This document shows, one piece after another, positions 11,467 through 19,002 of a stretch of DNA of 64,000 nucleotides. The position numbers and the translations under genes were made by a program. The stretch is taken from NCBI GenBank assembly GCA_965222155.1, contig CBDCTH010000004.1:480001-544000 (forward strand), given 5' to 3'. Each line of letters opens with the position of its first letter. Within the stretch, counting starts at the first letter, position 1. Below the pieces are notes generated by a model. That model was not told where the DNA came from. It saw only the letters and a program-made list of their open reading frames with translations, and did no database searches. The stretch is from Gammaproteobacteria bacterium. GTDB lineage: Bacteria > Pseudomonadota > Gammaproteobacteria > Eutrophobiales > Eutrophobiaceae.

Positions 11467-13208
11467 GCGCTCCCGGAACGATACTTGTTCATTAACTGTT
11501 GCGTGGATGAGTCATGGGATGTTTGAGTCTCAACGTCTGCCAGTTCTCCCGCTATGCGTCCCGCCAGGTTTTTGCCGAGTTCGACCCCCCACTGGTCGAA
11601 GGGGTTGACCCCCCAGATGGCGGCTTCGACAAAGGTCTTGTGCTCGTAGATGGCCAGCAGCATGCCCAGAGTGTACGGGTCGAGCCGGTCGTACAGGATG
11701 GTGGTGCTGGGCCGGTTGCCGTCGAAGTGTCGATGGGGTTCGGCAGAATTGGTCTCGCCCCGCATCAGGGCTTCTCCCTGGGCCAGGCAGTTGGCAACCA
11801 GCAATTCGTGTTGCCTGCTGTCATGACGGCTGTCAAGGGGAAGCAGAAAATCAATGGTTGACAAGCGCGTACCCTGGTGCAGGAACTGGAAAACGGCATG
11901 TTGCGAGTTGCTGCCGACACCGCCCCAGATGACCTGGGAGGTCTTTGTTCCCACCCTGTTTCCCTCCGTGTCGACCGATTTGCCGTTACTCTCCATGACC
12001 AGCTGGCTCAAATAAGCCGGCAATCTTTCCAGCCTTTGATCATAGGGGATAACGGCATGGGCGCCGACGTCAAGAAAGTTGTTATACCAGATACCGAGCA
12101 GGGCCAGGATCACGGGGATATTTTTGCTGAATTCAGCGGACCGGAAGTGTGAATCAACTTCGTGCGCCCCCGCCAGGAAACGCCTGAAATTATCTTCGCC
12201 GATGCTGATGGCGCTGCTCATGCCGACACAGGACCAGATTGAATAACGCCCACCGGTCCAGTCTTCGATCTTGAAATAACGGTCTCGGCCGATGCCGAAA
12301 CGCTCGATTGCGGCGGCGTTTGCCGATACGGCCAGGAAGTGTTTGCCGGTATCCCCGCAACCGTTCTCCCTGAGCCAGTTTTGCGCGCGCTGTGCGTTGA
12401 CCTGGGTTTCCAGTGTCGTGAAGGATTTGGAAGCGACGATAAATAGCGTTGTTTCGGGATGCGCGCGCGCCAGGACGTTCTCGATGTCAAAGGGGTCAAT
12501 GTTGGCGACGAAATCGATGTCTATCCCGTCCTGGTGATATTCGGACAGCGCCTCAATCACCAGGCGCGCACCCAGGTCGGAGCCGCCGATGCCGATGTTC
12601 ACCACCCTGGTTATGGGTTTTCCTGTGGCGCCCATGATCTCTCCGGCGCGTAATCTCTGTACGAACTCGAACATCCTGTTCAATTCCTGACACACCTGCC
12701 GGGCGGTATCGGAAAGGACGCGTTCGCCCTGGATTTCCATCCTTTGGTTCGTCAACGGCACATCCTTGTGCCACTTCTCTGCTTGCGCAGGAATGGTGGC
12801 CTCGTCGCCATCCAGTTGATTGCCGGCTGCCTCGTTGCCATTCCTGCGCAAGCAGGAATCCAGTAACAACCCGGTCCCTTCCTTGCCTTCCGGCGCTCTC
12901 AGCAGGGTATGCAGCGCGGGACGGTGTTCCGTGGTGTTGACTTCGTGTCCTGAGAATAATTCGTCTATCATGTTACCCAGCCCGCGTTGCTCGGCCAACT
13001 CCAACAACAATGACAGGGTTTCGTCAGTGATCAGGTTCTTGGAAAAATCGACAAAAACCCGCTCAAGGCCGAGTGAAAACCGTTGCGCCCGCCCCGGATC
13101 CCGGATAAATTCCTCGCGCAGGCGCAACTGCGCCACCTGCCGCTGGTGTTCTGTAAGGAGGCGCCAAGCCTTTGCCTGTTCCGGCGGATTGTTTTTTTGT
13201 ACTGTCAT
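11463..13208 (-). CDS. pgi: Glucose-6-phosphate isomerase carrying an in-frame ~45-aa repeat-derived insertion
   Basis: IGIGGSDLG, ASKSFTT, GGRYS, QLVMESNGK, FDQWGVELGK motifs; start placed at MTVQK. Confidence 0.95.
   Translation of the reverse strand: MTVQKNNPPEQAKAWRLLTEHQRQVAQLRLREEFIRDPGRAQRFSLGLERVFVDFSKNLITDETLSLLLELAEQRGLGNMIDELFSGHEVNTTEHRPALHTLLRAPEGKEGTGLLLDSCLRRNGNEAAGNQLDGDEATIPAQAEKWHKDVPLTNQRMEIQGERVLSDTARQVCQELNRMFEFVQRLRAGEIMGATGKPITRVVNIGIGGSDLGARLVIEALSEYHQDGIDIDFVANIDPFDIENVLARAHPETTLFIVASKSFTTLETQVNAQRAQNWLRENGCGDTGKHFLAVSANAAAIERFGIGRDRYFKIEDWTGGRYSIWSCVGMSSAISIGEDNFRRFLAGAHEVDSHFRSAEFSKNIPVILALLGIWYNNFLDVGAHAVIPYDQRLERLPAYLSQLVMESNGKSVDTEGNRVGTKTSQVIWGGVGSNSQHAVFQFLHQGTRLSTIDFLLPLDSRHDSRQHELLVANCLAQGEALMRGETNSAEPHRHFDGNRPSTTILYDRLDPYTLGMLLAIYEHKTFVEAAIWGVNPFDQWGVELGKNLAGRIAGELADVETQTSHDSSTQQLMNKYRSGSA
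12729..12863. repeat. Two family A REPs (one with a family B insert) inside pgi
   Basis: ctggatt-[B]-ctgcttgcgcaggaatgg and gccattcctgcgcaagcaggaatccag. Confidence 0.85.
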
Positions 13209-13279
13209 AGGGGAAATCCCTCTATTATAGTAACGACTTAAATCTACCATTCAACTGATAATATTGGAACCTGGCCTCG

Positions 13280-13477
13280 GTGGAAGATTTTCGGATAAAA
13301 TCGAGTGAAGCCAGGATATCGGGAGACCTGACCTTGTATTATCAGGAAAGCGGCAAGGGTTTGCCGCTCGTCTTTATCCCCGGCTGGACGATCTGGTCGC
13401 TTCGTCCATCACCAGCATCTGATATGAGTATATTTCAGGCAAGGTTTTTATTCTCCCACATTCTAAAGCAGGATTAG
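13280..13477 (+). pseudogene. N-terminal fragment of an alpha/beta hydrolase
   Basis: LYYQESGKGLPLVFIPGWT resembles a hydrolase start; similarity is lost after ~37 aa. Confidence 0.55.
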
Positions 13478-13560
13478 GGAATATGTCGATGTGACGATAT
13501 ATGCCATTATATCTATACTTGACACCAGCTTACCGGATACATAGCCTGAGAGAGAAGACC

Positions 13561-13758
13561 GTGGCAAGCAGCTTAAATCTATCACTGACAAATGAACTGC
13601 GGAAATTCGTCGATAGTCGAACGGGTGACTCCGGCGTTTACGCAACGCCAAGCGAATATATACGCGACCTGATCCGCCATGATATGGAAGCTGGTACGAT
13701 ACTCAATCATGTATTGGCCAGCCTTGATGATATCAAACGATGTAGTCCGTTTTATTGA
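13561..13758 (+). CDS. ParD-like ribbon-helix-helix antitoxin, orphan and possibly truncated
   Basis: SLNLSLTNELRKFVD...YATPSEYIRDLIR; GTG start; TTGACA at 13519. Confidence 0.7.
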   Translation: MASSLNLSLTNELRKFVDSRTGDSGVYATPSEYIRDLIRHDMEAGTILNHVLASLDDIKRCSPFY

Positions 13759-13802
13759 AAATGCTAATTTTGAAAACGTTAATACGCTTTGCCAGGAAGA
13801 AA

Positions 13803-13879
13803 TGGCGCCCTGAAGAGGATTCGAACCTCTGGCCTTCCGCTTAGGAGGCGGACGCTCTATCCTTCTGAGCTATCAGGGC
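13803..13879 (-). tRNA. tRNA-Arg(CCT)
   Basis: Cloverleaf gccctga...tcagggc-g-cca, anticodon loop ctCCTaa, T-loop GTTCGAATC. Confidence 0.95.
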
Positions 13880-14010
13880 GTGGCTATACAGTTTACCGGA
13901 AATCCGGTTTCAGTGATGTATCAAGTGTAATTATCAAGTTTAGCAGCAGGCAATAAATGACGCAGGATTGAAACTGCCCGGCATGTGTTGTCCCGGCATA
14001 AATATACTTA

Positions 14011-14187
14011 AGGAACCTCTGATTAAGTCAGAGGTTCCTGCGATACAGGGATGTATCGCCAAATTCAATGACAATAAGTCATTGAATTTGTAAGGAAAAC
14101 AAAAATCACATTTTTGTTTTCCGTGCTCTGGCAAGTCCAGAGCCTGTCCCGTACTTGATACGGGAATGGACTTGTTCAGAGTTTCCT
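14011..14187 (+). mobile_element. MITE-like element D copy 1 (153 bp plus a 24-bp nested insert)
   Basis: TIR aggaacctctg...cagagtttcct flanked by TA; five internal hairpins. Confidence 0.8.
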
Positions 14188-14311
14188 TAAACATAAAAGT
14201 TGAATATAATCCCACGCATGAAACCCTGGACTGGCTCGGAGCGTCTGATTTTACCCCGTTAAGACGCGGGGCACTCGGACAGGGCGGCAGTTGTAGAGGT
14301 GCTCTGTCCTG

Positions 14312-14986
14312 ATGCAGAAATATTCAATAATTATTCCCGCGTTGAATGAAGCGGATTATATCGGTGCGACCCTGGAACACCTCCAGGCTGCTCGTGGCCG
14401 GGGCCATGAGGTTATTCTTGTGGATGGCGGCAGTACTGATGACACTTGCAGGATCGCGGCAAGCGGGGTCGATCACGTGCTGGAATGCGCTCCGAGCAGG
14501 GGCGGCCAGATGAATTACGGTGCGCGGATTGCGCGCGGCGATATCTACGTGTTCCTCCATGCAGATTCCTTGCTGCATAGTGAATTTGACCGGAGCCTGG
14601 ATGCGCACTCCGTTTCCGGGAACACCTGGGGGAGCTTTGATATCGGCTTGTCCGGCAATCATTTCATGTTCCGTTGCATTGAGAAGCTCATAAATATCCG
14701 TTCCCGGCTTACCGGTATAGCAACGGGCGACCAGACAATTTTTATCGGCCAGGGTATTTTCCGGCAGATGAACGGCTATGCGGACATTCCCCTGATGGAA
14801 GATTTGGAACTGACCTCAAGACTGAATAAAATCTCCCCACCCATCCGTATCAGCCAGACTGTTATCAGTTCATCCCGCCGTTGGGAAAACAACGGAATCG
14901 CCAGGACAATATTACTCACATGGAAATTAAGGCTCTGTTATGCAATCGGATCCGACCCGCGCGATCTCGTCAAACAGTATCGGTGA
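14312..14986 (+). CDS. GT2 glycosyltransferase, rSAM/selenodomain-associated type (TIGR04283-like)
   Basis: IIIPALNEA, VDGGSTD, FLHADS, TGDQTIF, PLMEDLE, SSRRW motifs. Confidence 0.85.
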   Translation: MQKYSIIIPALNEADYIGATLEHLQAARGRGHEVILVDGGSTDDTCRIAASGVDHVLECAPSRGGQMNYGARIARGDIYVFLHADSLLHSEFDRSLDAHSVSGNTWGSFDIGLSGNHFMFRCIEKLINIRSRLTGIATGDQTIFIGQGIFRQMNGYADIPLMEDLELTSRLNKISPPIRISQTVISSSRRWENNGIARTILLTWKLRLCYAIGSDPRDLVKQYR

Positions 14987-15581
14987 AACAGCAGAGGTAT
15001 TGCTTGTTTTCACCAAAACGCCCGTGCCGGGGAGGGTGAAAACCCGTCTTATACCGGTTACCAGCGCCGTGCAGGCGGCTGCTATCCATACCAATCTGCT
15101 AAGGCAGACACTCGCAACAGCCCGCAGCTCGTCTGTGCGGGACATTGAATTGTGGTGTATGCCGACCGTGCAGCACCGGTCTCTTATTGACTTCAAGGAA
15201 GAGTTCTTGTTGTTACTGCGAGCCCAGGCCGGCGCGGACCTGGGCGAGCGTATGTATTTCGCCATGGAACAGGCCCTGGAAAACTATCGCCGCGTGGTGC
15301 TTATCGGCAGCGATTGTATTGACTTGACCGCAGCGGATATTGACCTTGCCCTGAAAAAACTGGCTGAAGGTTACGACGTCGTTCTGGGCCCGTCCCTGGA
15401 CGGCGGGTATCACCTGATCGGGTTGACCAGGTTATATCGGCAACTGTTTATGGATATCCCGTGGGGGACAGACGAGGTAATGCAGAAAACCCGGGAGCGG
15501 GTCACCCGGATGGAATTAAAACTGTATGAATTACCCGAGCGACGCGATCTTGATCGGCCCGAGGACCTTCAGTATACGTAA
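14940..15581 (+). CDS. DUF2064/CofC-like transferase (TIGR04282-like); start uncertain
   Basis: PGRVKTRL, QxGxDLGERM, IGSDC, LGPSLDGGYHLIG, DLDRPEDL motifs. Confidence 0.85.
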   Translation: MQSDPTRAISSNSIGETAEVLLVFTKTPVPGRVKTRLIPVTSAVQAAAIHTNLLRQTLATARSSSVRDIELWCMPTVQHRSLIDFKEEFLLLLRAQAGADLGERMYFAMEQALENYRRVVLIGSDCIDLTAADIDLALKKLAEGYDVVLGPSLDGGYHLIGLTRLYRQLFMDIPWGTDEVMQKTRERVTRMELKLYELPERRDLDRPEDLQYT

Positions 15582-15617
15582 CCGGGGAAGCCGGGCTTGA
15601 ATCCGGCAGGTTTCTTA

Positions 15618-15770
15618 GGGAAGCTCTGATCAAGTCCGTCCAGGACTTGTCAGAGCAAGGAAAACAAAAATGCGATTTTTGTTTTCCTTCCAAAATCAAT
15701 GACATATAGTCATTGATTTTGACGGTACATCCTTGTACCGTAGGAACCTCTGACTTAATCAGAGGTTCCT
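15618..15770 (-). mobile_element. MITE-like element D copy 2 (153 bp)
   Basis: Reverse-orientation homolog of copy 1, flanked by TA. Confidence 0.8.
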
Positions 15771-15970
15771 TAGCTGAAAATCCGCCAGAGAATGGCTGTG
15801 GTCAGTGCCAGGTTAAAGCCGGCCATCCATTGCAGCAGGTTGACTTTTCCGTCCAGACGGTTAAATCTATCTTCCCACGCGGCGACAGCCGTCGCGGCAG
15901 CGCGGGCTTTTGCCTCATCTGCGCCGGCGTTGGTCAGTGCATCATACAGTTCCGTCATCATCATACTCAT
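15770..15970 (-). CDS. Small coiled-coil protein with C-terminal TM helix (DUF1640/CCDC90-like)
   Basis: TELYDAL...ARAAA...LQWMAGFNLALT; paralog at 63580-63807. Confidence 0.7.
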   Translation of the reverse strand: MSMMMTELYDALTNAGADEAKARAAATAVAAWEDRFNRLDGKVNLLQWMAGFNLALTTAILWRIFS

Positions 15971-16106
15971 CAGGTTACGCTCCCTGTCTCCGGTTTCAAA
16001 ACATTTATGGACTGTTTACTGGCACAGGGTATTCATCCTCTGTGCCGATTTTGCTGTCATGTTGGCAAAGGTTAGTCGGCGCCGGCATTCTTGTCAAGAT
16101 ATATAT

Positions 16107-16259
16107 AGGAAGCTCTGATCAAGTCCGTCCAGGACTTGTCAGAGCACGGAAAACAATAATGCGATTTTTGTTTTCCTTCCAAAATCAATGACATACAGTC
16201 ATTGATTTTGACGGTACATCCTTGTACCGTAGGAACCTCTGACTTAATCAGAGGTTCCT
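16107..16259 (-). mobile_element. MITE-like element D copy 3 (153 bp)
   Basis: Near-identical direct repeat of copy 2. Confidence 0.8.
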
Positions 16260-16263
16260 ATAC

Positions 16264-16761
16264 TTAATTTGTCTGTGCCTTCTCTTCCTCGGGGCCGTAT
16301 TGCCTGATTAATTTCCGCGCAAGTTTTTCCGCTTCTTCCAGTTCCTCCGGCGAGAGATTCTGCTGGGCCGCCGCTAATGTAGCCATCGATTTCTTATGCT
16401 TGTGCTCAGCGCCTACCCGATACCAGGCATAAGCGTATTCATAATCTTTCGGCACTCCCCTGCCTTTCGTATAAAGCTCTGCCAGCCTGTATTGGGCTTG
16501 TTTGACACGCTGTTCCGCTGATTTACGGAACCATTTCGCCGCTTCTTCGTAGCTTTGCGCTACGCCATTCCCGCGTAAATACATCATGGCAACGTAATAT
16601 TGAGCGAGGCCGTGATCCGAGGTTTCCGCGAGGGAACGCATGGTGTTGAAGGCCTGGTCATATTCGCCTCTGGCATAGGCGTAGACGCCGTCATTAAAAT
16701 CAGCAAGTGCCGGGGTAACCGACAGACATGCCAGGACAATAATCAGGCAAAGGTTTTTCAT
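16264..16761 (-). CDS. Secreted Sel1-like repeat protein
   Basis: Signal peptide; AQYYVAMMYLRGNGV and AQYRLAELYTKGRGVPKD repeats. Confidence 0.9.
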   Translation of the reverse strand: MKNLCLIIVLACLSVTPALADFNDGVYAYARGEYDQAFNTMRSLAETSDHGLAQYYVAMMYLRGNGVAQSYEEAAKWFRKSAEQRVKQAQYRLAELYTKGRGVPKDYEYAYAWYRVGAEHKHKKSMATLAAAQQNLSPEELEEAEKLARKLIRQYGPEEEKAQTN

Positions 16762-16777
16762 AAGTGAATTATACTAT

Positions 16778-16805
16778 GGAACCTCTGATTAAGTCAGAGT
16801 TTTCC
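16778..16805. repeat. Solo/minimal D-element end hairpin
   Basis: ggaacctctgattaagtcagagttttcc just after the metF stop. Confidence 0.65.
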
Positions 16806-16807
16806 TG

Positions 16808-17701
16808 TTATCTCCCCAGTTCCGACAGCAATGTATCTAACGAACGGGCGGATTGTCCAGGCGCCATCAGGTGGACGCCGGCTATGCCGTCTATCCGTTG
16901 CATGTCCTCGATCAATTCGATACAGATGCGCCTGCCCTCCTGTTTCGGGTCAGTGCTGTCTTCCAGGCGTTGTATCAGGGCGTCCGGGAAAGCCACGCCC
17001 CAGAGGTTGTCGCGCATCCACCTGGCGGACCGGGCAGAGGCCACGGGACCCAGGCCGATGAGTATCTTTACCCTGTCGAGCAGGCCCCGTTCACCCATTC
17101 CGGCGATATATGCCTCGATCAGGTCAATGTCGTAACACAACTGGGTTTGTATGAAGCGGGCCCCTGCGTCTATTTTGTTCGTGATGGCGGGGGGCGCCGC
17201 CTTGTCAGCGAAGCGCTGCGGCAGGTCTGCCGAGCCGATATGGAAATGTGGGGGAGGGTCAATCTCACGACCATTCGGTAACACGCCTTTGTCACACATA
17301 TCCCCGGCGAGGGCGATCAAGGCGGTGCTGTCAATATCGTGAACCGCTTTGGCCTCGGGTTGATCGCCTTTGGCGGGGTCGTCTCCCGTCAGCAACAACA
17401 GGTTGGAGACGCCGAATGCCGCGCAACCGATCAGGTCTGCGCATAACGCGATCCGGTTGCGGTCGCGGCAGGTCATTTGCAGCACCGGTTCCATACCATT
17501 GGCGGCAAGCAGGGAAGCCGCGGCAACACTCGACATGGTGGTCCGGGCTGCTGCGCCGTCGGTAACGTTAATTGCTTCAACCCTGCCGTTAAGTAAACCT
17601 GCCTGCTCCAGCAGGCTGTCGGCTGCGGCCGCCAACGGCGGCACCAGTTCCGCAGTGAAGCAGAATTTCCCTTCCTTGAGGGATTTTTCCAGTTGGTTCA
17701 A
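16808..17701 (-). CDS. metF: Methylenetetrahydrofolate reductase
   Basis: TAELVPP, NVTD, TCRDRNR, LTGD, KIDAGARFIQTQ, GVHLM motifs. Confidence 0.85.
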   Translation of the reverse strand: MNQLEKSLKEGKFCFTAELVPPLAAAADSLLEQAGLLNGRVEAINVTDGAAARTTMSSVAAASLLAANGMEPVLQMTCRDRNRIALCADLIGCAAFGVSNLLLLTGDDPAKGDQPEAKAVHDIDSTALIALAGDMCDKGVLPNGREIDPPPHFHIGSADLPQRFADKAAPPAITNKIDAGARFIQTQLCYDIDLIEAYIAGMGERGLLDRVKILIGLGPVASARSARWMRDNLWGVAFPDALIQRLEDSTDPKQEGRRICIELIEDMQRIDGIAGVHLMAPGQSARSLDTLLSELGR

Positions 17702-17721
17702 TGTGTCCTCCTGTTTCTCTG

Positions 17722-18519
17722 TTATGGCTGCATCAATGTGCGGGTCAGTATTTCGTGGACGGCTTCCGGTTGTTCAGACAGCATCATATGGCCGCAATCC
17801 GGCAGGATCTCCGGTTGCACATCGGCCAGTGCGTCAAGGAGATCGGCTGCCAGCGCCGGCGGCGTCATCCTGTCTTCTTCAGCCAGGATCAGAGTTGTCG
17901 GCGCAGTAATATTTCGCGCCGCATCGATACCGTTGTAATATTCATTACAGGCCTTGAGGTCCGCATACAAAACGTTTTCCAGGGACCGTTCCAGCAAACG
18001 CATATTGCTGTTAAGTATATTAATCCCGGCGACCGGATTGCCGCCCAGTTGCGACGTATATGCATGGGAATACAACATGATCATATCAACCGCACTATGA
18101 TCATTTGCCCGCGCGGCATCAAGCAGGGGGTCAGCCACTGTCATGGGCGCTGCAGCGCCCAGTAACACGACGTTACTGATCTCTATCTGTGCCTGGGATG
18201 CGGCTTCCAGGGCCACCAACGCACCCATGCTATGGCCCACCAGCGCGGTCTTTTCAATTCCCAGGGTATCGATAAATTCAAGCAACCAGCGCGCACTTGC
18301 TTCAATGGATGGCAGCGGCCTGCCCCCCGAACGCCGGCGCCCCGGCAGGTCAACGGCGATGGAATTGAATTTGTGCCTGGCGAAGTAACGATTGAACAAG
18401 GTCCAGACCGTATGGTCCAGTCCGGCGCCATGCACGAAGACTATGCCCGGCAAACCGGGATCCAGGTCTTCCCTCCCGGTAGCGGCAAAAGCAATGTGAT
18501 TATCAATTATTATTTCCAT
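17722..18519 (-). CDS. Alpha/beta fold hydrolase
   Basis: HGAG oxyanion, GHSMG nucleophile elbow, D and CGH catalytic residues. Confidence 0.85.
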   Translation of the reverse strand: MEIIIDNHIAFAATGREDLDPGLPGIVFVHGAGLDHTVWTLFNRYFARHKFNSIAVDLPGRRRSGGRPLPSIEASARWLLEFIDTLGIEKTALVGHSMGALVALEAASQAQIEISNVVLLGAAAPMTVADPLLDAARANDHSAVDMIMLYSHAYTSQLGGNPVAGINILNSNMRLLERSLENVLYADLKACNEYYNGIDAARNITAPTTLILAEEDRMTPPALAADLLDALADVQPEILPDCGHMMLSEQPEAVHEILTRTLMQP

Positions 18520-18559
18520 CGGTCAGTATTCCCATATCGTCGTATCTGGCATAGTGTCG

Positions 18560-18915
18560 TACCGGGCATCCCCCCGTCGCCATACCGGGCTTGACCCCCC
18601 GTCGCCATACCGGGCATGACCCCCCGTCGCCATACCGGGCTTGACCCCCCGTCGCCATACCGGGCCTGACCCCCCCGTCGCCCCCCTGACCCCCCGTCGC
18701 CATACCGGGCCTGACCCCCCGTCGCCATACCGGGCAAAATGTCGCCATACCGGGCATACCCCCATCGTCATACCGGGCTTGTCCCGGTATCCAGTATGAT
18801 ACTATGTCGCCCCTGGCTTACGACATGCCGGGGCAGGCTCCGGCGACTCATTGTTTCACTGGATTTCCGTCCTTTGGTCCGTTGACGGCACTACTCGGCA
18901 TCCGTCGGAATGACG
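18560..18915. repeat. 25-bp tandem array of REP outer arm followed by a REP pair with nested C and deleted-B inserts
   Basis: About 8 copies of gtcgccataccgggc(t/a/c)tgacccccc, then cgtcataccgggcttgtcccggtatccag ... ctggatttccgtcc...ggaatgacg. Confidence 0.85.
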
Positions 18916-19002
18916 ATGGCAGGGGCATTCGCAGGCATGACGGCGGGAGCATGCGCCGAATGGCGGTGAGGGCGATAGCGGAAAACGGGTATGGATGCAT
19001 TT

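Noticed and set aside
14205-14311. Riboswitch or leader upstream of the GT2 gene
   Set aside because: Only a modest ggacagggc/gctctgtcc stem; no recognisable aptamer consensus
18503-18771. Repetitive ORFs (GMATGG, PVWRRG)
   Set aside because: Translations of the tandem repeat in three frames; no evidence of real genes
18560-18795. Possible CRISPR array
   Set aside because: Units are contiguous with no unique spacers, derive from a REP arm, and no cas genes are present
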